The notes: a model not told the origin generated them from the sequence alone. Positions 16,730 through 26,919 are shown, counted from the first letter of the stretch. The stretch is 64,000 nt of DNA from Oscillospiraceae bacterium (GCA_030523195.1 JAUNJC010000001.1:29-64028); one strand, 5' to 3'. Made by a program: numbers and translations.

Positions 16730-17240
16730 ATTCCTGTATCCATCTCCAAGGTTTCTTCTGCCACATTTCTCCTGCATAGGCAATGCCAACTCGCTCTGCC
16801 GTCCGTACCGTTGGACGATATCCATCATCCGCAATCCACAGTGTTGGACAAGTTAAAAAGCTGTCTCCGTTCCACTGCTTATCAATCTGTAAAAATTTTG
16901 TCAGTTTTCCGGGACCATCATGCACCGTACCAGCTCGAAATAAAACACCCTGCGGCTGTTCTGGTTCTCCAGTGATAACATTCATCAACCAGTGTACCCC
17001 ATAACAAAGATACACATAAATCAATCCACTTTCCCGATAAAGCAGTTCCGTTCTCGGCGTTCTGCCTTTATGGGCATGGCAAGCCTCATCTTCTTCCCCA
17101 CGATATGCCTCTGTTTCTGCAATGCGTTCCTGTAAAATCGTACCGTCCGGCAGCTGCCGCAGCAGCAGCTTTCCTACCAAATCCGGTGCAACTGCCAAAC
17201 AATCCCGATGAAAAAAATCTGCTCCCAATCGTTCTATCAT
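16716..17240 (-). CDS. mpg: DNA-3-methyladenine glycosylase (MPG/AAG family)
   Basis: LVGKLL, ETEAY, YVYLCYGVH, GPGKL, RVGI, PWR. Confidence 0.92.
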   Translation of the reverse strand: MIERLGADFFHRDCLAVAPDLVGKLLLRQLPDGTILQERIAETEAYRGEEDEACHAHKGRTPRTELLYRESGLIYVYLCYGVHWLMNVITGEPEQPQGVLFRAGTVHDGPGKLTKFLQIDKQWNGDSFLTCPTLWIADDGYRPTVRTAERVGIAYAGEMWQKKPWRWIQESSHF

Positions 17241-18985
17241 ATCTGCTCCTGTTCTGCCGGATTGGCATTCGGGGTAACATACAGCGTTTTTTGATTTGTA
17301 AAAATGACCATACCCGGTTTCGCCCCAACTGGTTTTTTTACATACTTCACCAAACAGTAATCTACAGGAACCTGTGCGGACTGTTGTGCTTTGCTATGCC
17401 ATGCGGCAAGTTGTGCCGCTTCTAAAATGGTCTGCTCAGATGGCATGGTTCCGTTCGCTGCAATAATGACATGCGAACCCGGAATATTCTGCGTATGCAG
17501 CCATATATCACTCTTTGCAGCAGTCTTCAAAGTCAAGCGGTCATTCTGCAAGTTATTCCTGCCAACAAAGATCTGCGTACCATCAGAAGCTGTAAACACA
17601 AGCGGTTGCTGTACCTTAACCGGTCGACGATTGCGGCTGGTGCGGCGTAAATAACCCTGTTCCACCAATTCCTGTCGCAGCTGTTCCATATCCGTTTCCG
17701 TTTCTGCCCGAGTTAATGCATCCAACACGCTTTCCAGATACTGTAATTCTGCTTTGCCTTTTGCAATCTGTTCTGTCAGCACGGTTTCTGCGGTACAGGC
17801 TTTTTTATACTGCTGATAATATCGCTGTGCATTCTGTGGCGGCGTCAGCCGCACATCCAGCGGAATCGAAACCATTGGGCAATCTGGTTCGTAAAAGTCC
17901 TCCAAATTTGCCACTGTATCGCCTTTTTTCAAACGATACAGATTTGCAGAAAGCAGATCGGCTTTGCGGCGAAAATCTTCCTTTTCTGCACATTGCTCTA
18001 ACTCTTCTGTCTGTACCGCAATTCTTCTTTGAATCCGCTCTGTTGCATGCAGCAGCAGATGAAAGAGGTCATTGGCTCTCTGCCGAACACGGGCATACCG
18101 ATCTCGCTCGGCATAGAAATAATCCAGCACCGCACATGCTGATGGCATGGTCTTTGTATACAGCAGCGGACCAAACTGATGCAGTGGGAGAAAAGAAAAA
18201 TCTTTCAGCTGTCCTTCTTTGGTCGCAGCAACCGTAAAGACACAATTCTGCTGCAACAGACGTTCCTTTGTTTTCTGTATGATATAGAGCAGCCGTTCCA
18301 TCTGCTCCTCTGTGAGCGTTTCTGCACGGCATTCCACACCCCTTCCGGCATAAAATGCCCACTCCCGTACCAAAACCGGTGAAACGCCCTCCAGCGTTTG
18401 CAGCAATACCTTGTGCAAAGCACCGCTTTTCTCGGAAATTGCGATTCGCAGAACATCCCGTTCCACTGTTAAAAAATTCAAGCGTGGTTCTGCCGGTGGC
18501 AGAGCGTAGGCAATTCCCGGCAGCACCAATCGTTTTCGAGACATTTCGGCATCCACTCGTTTGATACTATCAATGACCTTTCCATTCTCATCAATGAGAA
18601 TCAAATTAGAATATTTCCCCATAATTTCACAGGCAAGTGTCAATTGCACCACATCGCCCAGCGTGTTCACACAAGAAAAATCAAAGTACAGCACCCGTTC
18701 CAAACCATCCTGCCGGATGGCAAGCAGTTTTCCGCTGCCAAGCCGCTTTCGCAGCAGCATGCAAAACATCGGCGGTGCTGCCGGATTATCAATATTCTGC
18801 TCCGTCAAATGCACACGGGCACGATCCGCAGAAGCAGAAATCAAAATCTTATGACTGCCCTCCAGATTTCGCAGAGAAAGCAAAATTTCTTCTCTTGCCG
18901 GCTGATGAATCTTCTCGATTCTTGCACCAATCAATCCGGATAATTCTTGCCGGACTGCATATAAAAAAGCACCGTCTAATGCCAT
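17237..18985 (-). CDS. rqcH: NFACT family ribosome quality-control protein RqcH (Rqc2/FbpA)
   Basis: MALDG, KIHQP, PPMFCMLLRK, EIMGKYSNLIL, NAQRYY, VGRNNLQND, WLH...PGSHV, KPGMV. Confidence 0.95.
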   Translation of the reverse strand: MALDGAFLYAVRQELSGLIGARIEKIHQPAREEILLSLRNLEGSHKILISASADRARVHLTEQNIDNPAAPPMFCMLLRKRLGSGKLLAIRQDGLERVLYFDFSCVNTLGDVVQLTLACEIMGKYSNLILIDENGKVIDSIKRVDAEMSRKRLVLPGIAYALPPAEPRLNFLTVERDVLRIAISEKSGALHKVLLQTLEGVSPVLVREWAFYAGRGVECRAETLTEEQMERLLYIIQKTKERLLQQNCVFTVAATKEGQLKDFSFLPLHQFGPLLYTKTMPSACAVLDYFYAERDRYARVRQRANDLFHLLLHATERIQRRIAVQTEELEQCAEKEDFRRKADLLSANLYRLKKGDTVANLEDFYEPDCPMVSIPLDVRLTPPQNAQRYYQQYKKACTAETVLTEQIAKGKAELQYLESVLDALTRAETETDMEQLRQELVEQGYLRRTSRNRRPVKVQQPLVFTASDGTQIFVGRNNLQNDRLTLKTAAKSDIWLHTQNIPGSHVIIAANGTMPSEQTILEAAQLAAWHSKAQQSAQVPVDYCLVKYVKKPVGAKPGMVIFTNQKTLYVTPNANPAEQEQI

Positions 18986-19015
18986 GTTCGTACTCCTTTC
19001 TGTTTATCATTCCCA

Positions 19016-19699
19016 TTATGCTTTCACAGCATAAAATCCAACCTGCAAATAGGAATGCCAAAATACTTCTGCACAGACAAAGCCACATTCTCGCAGCAAT
19101 GTCAATTGTTCCTGTACTGTAATCGGAAAAAATTCTGCCCCATATCGCTGGGAATGCGATTTTACCGCTTCTTCTGTTCTGCCATGCTGCAACCCATAAC
19201 TTTCCAATCTTTTCAACAGCAGCTGCTTTCCGGTTTCACTATCAGGAGCAGTATTTTCAAATGTCACAAACAAACCACCAGATTTTAATGCCTGAAAGCA
19301 ACGCTGTACCGCCTGTTTTCGCTGTTCTGGATGAAAATAATGATGCGATTGTATCGCTGTAACCAGATCAAATGTTTCTGAAAACGGCAAATCCTGTGAT
19401 CCGATCTGTAAAAACTGACAAGTTTCCTTTCTTGCAGACAGCTTTTCTTTTGCCGTTTGCAGCATCTTCTCAGATGGGTCACATAACACCGCCTTATCAA
19501 CAGAAAGTTGTTCCAGTGCCTTTTTTACAAATGTACCACTGCCACAGCCTGTATCCAGCAAACAAATCGGTTTATCTGCAAAATAAACTGATGTCAATTC
19601 TAAAATCTGTTCATGAATCGTATCATAAAAGGGAATCACGCTTCTCACATTGCCATCATAATCATTCACTGCAAATGGTGTGATATTTGTTTTGTCCAT
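19016..19699 (-). CDS. Class I SAM-dependent methyltransferase
   Basis: LDTGCGSG, DPSEKML, FDLVTAI..HH, LKSGG. Confidence 0.88.
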   Translation of the reverse strand: MDKTNITPFAVNDYDGNVRSVIPFYDTIHEQILELTSVYFADKPICLLDTGCGSGTFVKKALEQLSVDKAVLCDPSEKMLQTAKEKLSARKETCQFLQIGSQDLPFSETFDLVTAIQSHHYFHPEQRKQAVQRCFQALKSGGLFVTFENTAPDSETGKQLLLKRLESYGLQHGRTEEAVKSHSQRYGAEFFPITVQEQLTLLRECGFVCAEVFWHSYLQVGFYAVKA

Positions 19700-19832
19700 A
19701 GTCTACATTCCTTTCCTATGCTGTCATATATTCAACATGAATTCAATAAAAATGTATTTTGGGATTTATTAAGAAACCGTTTTCCGAACCGTTCAACAAG
19801 TAAAGCTTGTTCATCAAATTCAATTTGACATT

Positions 19833-20654
19833 TTATCCCTTTTGATATTGCAATAATTCAAAAGCAATTTCCGTTTCCAACGTTTCCAATGCCGCCAATC
19901 GTGCCTGTTCCTTCTGTCCGGTTTTATAATAATACGGTGTCATCATAAATAAATTCTGAATCGCTGTTTGATTTGGCAGTAAAATCACCGCTTCTATTGT
20001 TCGTTTTCCAACAAAAGAAAAGCCATCCAATTCATACGGCTTCACTTCATTTTCATACGGTGTATCATAAATAGCCTGCTTGAGCCCCATCAAATGTCTT
20101 GCTGCCGGAATTCCCAGAATCATCATGCCATTTGGCTTTAATACACGCTGAAATTCGGTTCCGGCATATGGTGCAAATAGGGAAATCAGTCCGTCACAGC
20201 AATGGTCTGACACTGGCAGATGAAACACACTGCCCACTGCAAAGGAAGCCGTCTTACAGTGTTTCGCAGCCAAATCGACTGCATACTTAGAAATATCCAC
20301 ACCATATACTTGCACGTCTTTTCCAACCGCTTGCAGTGCATTTACTACTGCTGCTGTATAATAGCCATCTCCGCAGCCGGCATCCAATAAAATTCCCTTC
20401 TGCGGCAAAGCAGATACCACCAGTTCACACATGGCTTGTTGAAATGGTGCATAATAACCCGCCTGCAAAAAATCTCTTCTTGCCCGCACCATCTGCAAAT
20501 TATCCCCCGGCTGTTTAGTTCGTTTCTGCTGTACAGGCAACAGGTTCACATACCCACTCTTGGCAGCATCAAAACAGTGCCCATTCAAGCAATGTACGCC
20601 CTTTTCCTGTTTCTGCATTGCGGCAGCACAAACTGGACAACGCCAAATACTCAT
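19833..20654 (-). CDS. RlmA-like rRNA (guanine-N1)-methyltransferase
   Basis: Zn finger CPVC...C..GH.FD, GYVNLL, GD...MVRARRDFL..GYY, LDAGCGDGYY, MTPY. Confidence 0.85.
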   Translation of the reverse strand: MSIWRCPVCAAAMQKQEKGVHCLNGHCFDAAKSGYVNLLPVQQKRTKQPGDNLQMVRARRDFLQAGYYAPFQQAMCELVVSALPQKGILLDAGCGDGYYTAAVVNALQAVGKDVQVYGVDISKYAVDLAAKHCKTASFAVGSVFHLPVSDHCCDGLISLFAPYAGTEFQRVLKPNGMMILGIPAARHLMGLKQAIYDTPYENEVKPYELDGFSFVGKRTIEAVILLPNQTAIQNLFMMTPYYYKTGQKEQARLAALETLETEIAFELLQYQKG

Positions 20655-21448
20655 GCTTCTCCGCCCCCTACTGCATAACAAACCGGATCCCCACAGGTAT
20701 CACAAATTATTTCCACATCCGGCAAATTGGCTTGCAATTGTTCTTTGAGGATTTGTACTGCAATCTGTTCTGTGTGGTAATGTCCGCAGTCAAACAAGGC
20801 AATATCCAGATTTTTTGCAGTATACCAACGATCATGTTTGACATCCCCCGTAATCATGGCATCACATCCCATCGCTGCTGCCTCCTCCAGCATAGAAGAA
20901 CAAGCACCACAGCCCACATAAATCTTCTGAATGAGGTGCTGTGCTGGTGTATAGCGAACTACTGTACAGCCCAGTGTCTGCCGTAATGTTTCTGCCAGTG
21001 TTTTTGCCTCCCATGTCATGGAACTGGTATCTGCCCAGCCAAACCCAATGCCATTACCATTCGCTTCCGGTGAAATCATGGTATTACACAACTGCAATGG
21101 CTTTTGCAAGATAGCATGCAGCCGGTCATTGATACCACCGCATGCACGATCCAATGGTGTGTGACTGCAAATCGCAGCCATATGATTGGCAGCCAGTTTC
21201 CAAACGGGATGCTGTGGAGCAAGTTGCTTGAAAGGTGAAAAAATAACGGGATGATGTGCCACCATCAAATCTGCACCCTGTGCAGCAGCCGCCGCAATGG
21301 TTTCATTGGAAATATCCAATGTCACATAAATTTTTTTCACTGGCATAGAAAAATCTCCCGTCAGCAAGCCGGAATTATCCCACTTTTCCTGTGTAGAAAA
21401 TGGGGCAAAGGCATCCATTACCTGATAGACTTCTTTCACCGTTCTCAT
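20651..21448 (-). CDS. Nif3-like dinuclear metal centre protein
   Basis: WDNSGL, AHHPVIF, SHTPLD, GIND, TGDVKH, GHYHTE. Confidence 0.92.
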   Translation of the reverse strand: MRTVKEVYQVMDAFAPFSTQEKWDNSGLLTGDFSMPVKKIYVTLDISNETIAAAAAQGADLMVAHHPVIFSPFKQLAPQHPVWKLAANHMAAICSHTPLDRACGGINDRLHAILQKPLQLCNTMISPEANGNGIGFGWADTSSMTWEAKTLAETLRQTLGCTVVRYTPAQHLIQKIYVGCGACSSMLEEAAAMGCDAMITGDVKHDRWYTAKNLDIALFDCGHYHTEQIAVQILKEQLQANLPDVEIICDTCGDPVCYAVGGGEA

Positions 21449-21449
21449 T

Positions 21450-22151
21450 TCACATTTTCCTTTCTGTTCCAGTATCCTGTTCTGTTTTCTGCATATAAAC
21501 ATCAATTTCTTTTGCAAGCCACTGATAGGTTTCTGCTTCCAACTGATTTCCTTTTTGCATTTGTATTGCAATCTCCTGAAAGCGTCTTTTTTTTCGCTGC
21601 AAATATGCCTGCACAGCAGGTGCATTCCAGTCTTGTACGCCTATCTCTGCTTCCAATGACGTTAACTTTCGCTGTTTTCCATCATAGTGCACCTGCATAA
21701 CCGTATAAAAAAATTGATTTTCTTTTACAATATTCTCCCTCTCTATTGCATAGCCATTTTCCGCCAGCCATTGCCGCAGCAGCGGAATTTTTGTCATCGG
21801 CTGCAAAATGAGATTCACACCATTTTGAATCCACTCACATGACGCCAGAATATGTATGATCGTTTCACCACCCATACCGGCAATAACAACGTCTGTGACA
21901 TCTTTCCCATCGATCTGCTGCAATCCATCAGACAATTTCAAAGTAGCCTGTTCCAACAAACCTGCCTGTTCCAGTGTTCGCTTTGCTGCTTGTAATGGTC
22001 CTTCTCTGATATCAGACGCTATCACATGTTTACAAATCTCCCTTCGGAGCAATTCTGCTGCCAAATAAGCATGATCGGTTCCCACATCACACACCACACC
22101 GCCTGTTGTTACCCATGCTGCACAAGCTTGTAGCCGTTTGTTTAACATCAC
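21450..22151 (-). CDS. trmK: tRNA (adenine(22)-N1)-methyltransferase
   Basis: RL, DVGTDHAYL, ASDIREGP, DGL, IAGMGG, ILQP. Confidence 0.92.
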   Translation of the reverse strand: MMLNKRLQACAAWVTTGGVVCDVGTDHAYLAAELLRREICKHVIASDIREGPLQAAKRTLEQAGLLEQATLKLSDGLQQIDGKDVTDVVIAGMGGETIIHILASCEWIQNGVNLILQPMTKIPLLRQWLAENGYAIERENIVKENQFFYTVMQVHYDGKQRKLTSLEAEIGVQDWNAPAVQAYLQRKKRRFQEIAIQMQKGNQLEAETYQWLAKEIDVYMQKTEQDTGTERKM

Positions 22152-22209
22152 TGTTTTCTCCCTCTTATAATTTCTCTATAATATCATCGAAAAGGTCTTT
22201 ATTTAGAAG

Positions 22210-22241
22210 AAAAACGGTCGTCCAACAAACCTGGACGACCG
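22210..22241 (-). terminator. Terminator after the DUF1858 gene
   Basis: CGGTCGTCCA-ACAAACC-TGGACGACCG with flanking T-runs. Confidence 0.75.
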
Positions 22242-22265
22242 CCTTTTTGTTTCCTGCTATCTTGG

Positions 22266-22496
22266 TTATGCTTCTGTCGTGGTAGTGGATGCAGCGGATG
22301 CAATCTGCTTGTTCAATTCTTCTAACAGTTCATCCACTTCAATACCATGTACCATACAAGCTTCTTCTACTGTTTCGCCTCTGGAAGCCGGACAGCCAAG
22401 ACAATGCATCCCAATTGCCATAAACAATGGTGCAGTTTCCGGTGCAATATCCAGAATGTCTCCAATAATGGTATCCTTTGTAATGGTTACAGCCAT
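22266..22496 (-). CDS. DUF1858 domain protein
   Basis: ITKD.IIGD, GMHCLGCP, ETVEEAC.VHGI; AGGAGG SD. Confidence 0.9.
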   Translation of the reverse strand: MAVTITKDTIIGDILDIAPETAPLFMAIGMHCLGCPASRGETVEEACMVHGIEVDELLEELNKQIASAASTTTTEA

Positions 22497-22614
22497 TTTG
22501 ATTCCTCCTGCTTTTTAGCATATGATTAGCTTATCCGAAATGGTTTTGTTTATACAAGACAAAGCAAGGCACAGCAGAATTGCTATGCCATTGCCCTTGT
22601 ATGTTTGTATTTGC

Positions 22615-22899
22615 TTATTCTGCTTCCTTCATCTTTGCAAAACATTCGCTGCAATATACAGCACGATCTTCTCTCGGCTGAAACGGTACTCTTGCTTCCT
22701 TGCCGCATGCAGCACAGATTGCTGTGAACATTTCCCGTTCCGGCTTATTTCCAGATGCATTTTTCTTTGCATCACGGCAGCTCTTGCAACGCTTCGGCTC
22801 ATTTACAAAGCCCTTTTCTGCATAAAATTCCTGTTCTCCTGCAGTGAATACGAACTCCGCTCCACAATCCTTGCATACTAAAGTCTTATCTTCGTACAT
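22615..22899 (-). CDS. Zinc-ribbon / CxxC-x17-CxxC domain protein
   Basis: MYEDKTLVCKDCG.EFVFTAGEQEFYAEKGF.NEPKRC..C followed by CAACG...VPF.P....VYCSECF. Confidence 0.92.
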   Translation of the reverse strand: MYEDKTLVCKDCGAEFVFTAGEQEFYAEKGFVNEPKRCKSCRDAKKNASGNKPEREMFTAICAACGKEARVPFQPREDRAVYCSECFAKMKEAE

Positions 22900-23117
22900 A
22901 ATGTGACCTTTCCTTTCTGAATAACGCCTCTCCTGCTGCATTATTCCGCCGTTTTCTGTTTTCGTTGACATAGAAACGGCATTTGCAATAAAAAAGTTTT
23001 TTGGATCGAGAACGGACTTCCACCGACATCTTTGTAAAACAATGCTTTCTAATTAAGCTACCGACCCTCAATACATTAGCAATATAACCCATTTTTCATT
23101 GGGCATGCTACTGTCTT

Positions 23118-23146
23118 ATTATACCGAAAAAACAGCTGCTTGTCAA
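23118..23146 (-). promoter_or_regulatory. Sigma-A promoter of the zinc-ribbon gene (implies a ~210-nt 5' UTR)
   Basis: Perfect TTGACA-N17-TATAAT on the minus strand. Confidence 0.85.
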
Positions 23147-23228
23147 TATGTTTTCCAAAAAAACAGATTTCACGCTGTAAAACCGTCATTTTTTCCAATT
23201 TCACCGAATCAAATTCAGTCAAATTCAC

Positions 23229-23261
23229 AAAAAAATCCGGGTGCTACACACATCCGGATTT
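23229..23261 (-). terminator. Terminator after ftsZ
   Basis: AAAATCCGGGTG...CATCCGGATTTT. Confidence 0.75.
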
Positions 23262-23282
23262 TCTAAATTTCTTATACTGTGC

Positions 23283-24407
23283 TTACTTACGGTCCAGAAT
23301 TTCAAAAATTGCCATAATATCATCTGGATCTGCCGGCTTCTTACCAGCATTCGCACTTGTTGTTCTAGTTGACTGCGGCTGTGGTTCCGGTTCTACTGGC
23401 GGTTCTTCTTCTATCGGTTCTGCCGTTTCTTCTGATTCTTCCAATTCCTCTTCTCCAAAACCAGCTGCGATAACGGTAATTGTCATCTCATCCTGCATAT
23501 CTTCCTTGAAAGCAGTACCAAAAATAAATTCCACATTATCAGCTGCCTTATCGGTAATCATCTTAGTTGCATTATCCACGTCAGAAGAGAGAATATCTTC
23601 ACTCATTGTAATATTGATCAACAAGCGTTTTGCACCAGCAATAGAAGTTTCAAGCAACGGACTTGCAATCACTGCATTGGCAGCTTCCTTTGCCTTGTCC
23701 TTGCCAGAACCGTGACCAATTGCCAAGTGAGCATATCCAGCACCCTTCATAATGGTAGAAACATCTGCGAAATCCAAATTGATATAACCTTCTTCTACAA
23801 TCAAATCGGAAATACTCTTAACACCTGTCTTCAGAATATCATCTGCCAATGCAAAGGATTCTCGCATGGTCAGCGGTTTATCCATGCCTTCCAGCAGTTT
23901 TTCATTCGGAATGACAATCAAGGAATCCACATACTTTTTCAATTCCATGATGCCCTTTTCTGCCTGTGCCATTTTCTGTTCCCGTTCAAAAGCAAACGGT
24001 TTGGTTACCACTGCAACCGTCAAAATCCCAGCTTCCTGTGCCAATCTAGCGACAACTGGAGCAGCACCTGTACCGGTTCCGCCGCCCATACCAGCAGTGA
24101 TAAAGACCATATCCGCACCTTTGAGAGCAGCTTCAATTTCTTCCTTGTTCTCCTCTGCACTCTGCTGCCCAATAGATGGCTTATTGCCTGCCCCTCTGCC
24201 CTTTGTCAGTTTTGCACCGATCTGAATGCGGGTCGTTGCTTTGGAATTATTTAAAGCTTTTGCATCCGTATTAATTGCAATATATTCAATATCCTGCACA
24301 CCAGATGCCACCATACAGTTCAGGGCATTTCCGCCGCCGCCGCCAACACCGACTACTTTAATATTTACATCCGGCTCAAATGCGTCCTCATAAATGAAAT
24401 CCGTCAT
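23283..24407 (-). CDS. ftsZ: Cell division protein FtsZ
   Basis: VGVGGGGGNA, INTD, GMGGGTGTG, PF.FE, INLDFAD. Confidence 0.99.
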   Translation of the reverse strand: MTDFIYEDAFEPDVNIKVVGVGGGGGNALNCMVASGVQDIEYIAINTDAKALNNSKATTRIQIGAKLTKGRGAGNKPSIGQQSAEENKEEIEAALKGADMVFITAGMGGGTGTGAAPVVARLAQEAGILTVAVVTKPFAFEREQKMAQAEKGIMELKKYVDSLIVIPNEKLLEGMDKPLTMRESFALADDILKTGVKSISDLIVEEGYINLDFADVSTIMKGAGYAHLAIGHGSGKDKAKEAANAVIASPLLETSIAGAKRLLINITMSEDILSSDVDNATKMITDKAADNVEFIFGTAFKEDMQDEMTITVIAAGFGEEELEESEETAEPIEEEPPVEPEPQPQSTRTTSANAGKKPADPDDIMAIFEILDRK

Positions 24408-24616
24408 TTTTCTCTTCCTCCTAAAAAACTCTCGCTTCTATGACATCCAGCAATCTACGGATACCGCACATTCTGTTTCATTGTCAGTAAATACACCTAT
24501 TATACTACCATATTTCCACACATATTGCAAGTCATTTTAAAAAAAATTTTCATTTTTTCATTTCCCGTAAAATTTTGCAGGGAAATCGCTGTCATTTTCT
24601 CACTTTTTGACGAGTC

Positions 24617-25540
24617 TTACGGATTTTCCGCGACTGTTGTCGTAGTGGTTTCTGTCGTTGTCGTCTCTATATTGCTGCTATTTCCCGTTGTCGTGGTGGT
24701 TTCAACAGACTGTGTTTCCACCGGTTTAATCGGATCCAAATCATCTACTGCACTGCTGTCACGGAAAGAGCACTGGTTATTGCCTACCATAGTTAGATAG
24801 CCTTTTTTGTCAATGCCAAGTCGGTCAATCACAGTTTCCGCCAGTGTAATCTTATATTCCAGTTCATTCCAATTTCCAAGATCAAATATAATGCGATCAT
24901 CAAAACAGACACGAATGTCATACTTATCTGTCATATCCACAGAAGTGATGGGGCTGCTCAATTCTCTGGACATGATTTTAGTAAATAAATAAAAGATTTT
25001 ATCCTTTTGTTCATCTTGCGAAACCAGCTTTTTCCCTGTTGAAAGTTCAGCCGGTAAATAGCCATAAAAAATCGGCAGCCCCTCTGCAGCTTCCATACTA
25101 TTGGAAATAATTTTACCAGTTGTACTTGTTAACAAAATGCCGTTGTCATATACAATATTATAAGATTCCCGACATTTCTCCACATTAATCACCAGTTCAT
25201 CCGGAAATTTTTTCTTTACCTCTACACGTTCAATGTAAATTAAACTCTCATCATTATAGATACGCTCTGCCACCTTATCTGTATCCAGTTTTATAAGGTT
25301 ATCTCCGGTACAGACATCTGCTGATTTTACAATATCGGTTACACTGTACTGTTGTGCCTCTCCTGTTACGATGATCGTTTCCACGTTAAAGAAGACGGTA
25401 GTGGACAATGCAACGCCCACGCCGGCTGTCAAAACCAACACAATTACAATATAAAGCGGCAGCCAGCGGTTTCTTCTCCGAACCCGCTTTACATTGGTTT
25501 CCGACTTCATATCTGTTTTTTTCACATCCTGCATTGGCAT
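24617..25540 (-). CDS. ftsQ: Cell division protein FtsQ/DivIB
   Basis: Basic cytoplasmic tail, single TM, POTRA domain (FFNVETI.V.G...GDNL...KKFPD.L.I.V), position before ftsZ, Thr-rich C-tail. Confidence 0.85.
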   Translation of the reverse strand: MPMQDVKKTDMKSETNVKRVRRRNRWLPLYIVIVLVLTAGVGVALSTTVFFNVETIIVTGEAQQYSVTDIVKSADVCTGDNLIKLDTDKVAERIYNDESLIYIERVEVKKKFPDELVINVEKCRESYNIVYDNGILLTSTTGKIISNSMEAAEGLPIFYGYLPAELSTGKKLVSQDEQKDKIFYLFTKIMSRELSSPITSVDMTDKYDIRVCFDDRIIFDLGNWNELEYKITLAETVIDRLGIDKKGYLTMVGNNQCSFRDSSAVDDLDPIKPVETQSVETTTTTGNSSNIETTTTETTTTTVAENP

Positions 25541-25603
25541 ATACACGCCACCCTGCCTTTCACTGCTTCTATTTTTCAACTATATTCTAGTGTTTAATAC
25601 AAA

Positions 25604-26866
25604 TTATTCCGAGTTTTCCCGTTTTATAGATGCACCTATACCGGACAGCATCTTTTCCATCGCTTCATATCCACGATCTATATGAAAAATTTGCGTCACT
25701 TCTGTGACACCCTGTGCCGCCAATCCTGCCAACACCATTGCCGCACCACCTCGCAAATCTGTTGCACGAACAGGGGCGCCAGAAAGTTGCCGCACACCTT
25801 TGACAATGGCAGTTTGACCAGAAACATAGATTTCTGCTCCCATTTTCAACAGGGCATCCACATGGCGGTAACGATTTTCAAATACCGTTTCTTCAAATAC
25901 ACTTACGCCATCCGCACATGCCATCAATGCCATAAAAATTGGCTGTGCATCCGTTGGAAATCCCGGATGCGGCATCGTGCGAATTGGCGGCAATGCCCGA
26001 AGTCTTGCCGGTGCATGTAGATACAATGTTTTGTCTGCAACATCAATGCGACAGCCAGTTTGTTCCAGAACCGGCAGCAAATTTTCCATCTGTGCTGGTT
26101 CTGTCTGCTTCAATTGTATGGTACCGCCCGTCATTGCTGCTGCTGCCAAATAGGTAATCCCTGCAATTCGATCCGGCATAATTCGATACACCGTTCCATG
26201 CAAAACAGAAACACCATGTATCACAAGCGTATCTCCGCCATCTCCATGAATTTCAGCACCGCACTGCCGTAAAAAAGCTGCTAAATCGCAAATCTCAGGT
26301 TCTCTTGCAGCATTATAAAGATAGGTCGTACCTTTTGCCCGTACTGCTGCTAACATAATATTTTCCGTTGCACCCACAGAAGGATACTTCAAATGAATCT
26401 TTGCACCATGCAGCCCATTCGCAGCACAACAATGCAACCGTCCACCGTTCTGAACAATCTCTGCCCCCATTTTTCGCAGTGCATCTAAGTGCATATCAAT
26501 CGGACGTGGTCCCAGTTCACAACCACCTGGATAGGAGAGATGACAAACACCGCACCGCCCCAGCAAAGCGCCCAAAAAAATAATAGAAGACCGCATTTCC
26601 TGCATGAGCCGCTCCGGTATTTCTTCACAACACATCCCATCCGCTGAAATCACAGCGGTATGTTCTTTCATGTGGCAGCGACAGCCAAGATCCGTTAAAA
26701 TTCGGCAGGCAGCAAATACATCTGTCAGTCTGGGACAATTCTCCAGAACGGTCTCCCCCTGACAGAGCAGCGAAGCGGCAAGAATGGGAAGCACGCTGTT
26801 TTTTGCACCGTGCAGCACGACTGTCCCCTCCAGCGGAATGCCGCCTGTTATGACAAGTTTTTGCAT
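25604..26866 (-). CDS. murA: UDP-N-acetylglucosamine 1-carboxyvinyltransferase
   Basis: GAKNS, MRSS, PGGCELG.RPIDMH (catalytic Cys), SVGATEN, PGFPTD, DLRGGA, HIDRGY. Confidence 0.96.
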   Translation of the reverse strand: MQKLVITGGIPLEGTVVLHGAKNSVLPILAASLLCQGETVLENCPRLTDVFAACRILTDLGCRCHMKEHTAVISADGMCCEEIPERLMQEMRSSIIFLGALLGRCGVCHLSYPGGCELGPRPIDMHLDALRKMGAEIVQNGGRLHCCAANGLHGAKIHLKYPSVGATENIMLAAVRAKGTTYLYNAAREPEICDLAAFLRQCGAEIHGDGGDTLVIHGVSVLHGTVYRIMPDRIAGITYLAAAAMTGGTIQLKQTEPAQMENLLPVLEQTGCRIDVADKTLYLHAPARLRALPPIRTMPHPGFPTDAQPIFMALMACADGVSVFEETVFENRYRHVDALLKMGAEIYVSGQTAIVKGVRQLSGAPVRATDLRGGAAMVLAGLAAQGVTEVTQIFHIDRGYEAMEKMLSGIGASIKRENSE

Positions 26867-26892
26867 CCGCATCACCTCAAGTTCTTTTTCTC

Positions 26893-26919
26893 ATGGTATG
26901 CGAATACGTGCCATTTGGT
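26893..26919 (-). promoter_or_regulatory. Possible sigma-K/sigma-E-type internal promoter before murA
   Basis: Minus strand reads AC-N17-CATACCAT in the murG-murA gap. Confidence 0.45.
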
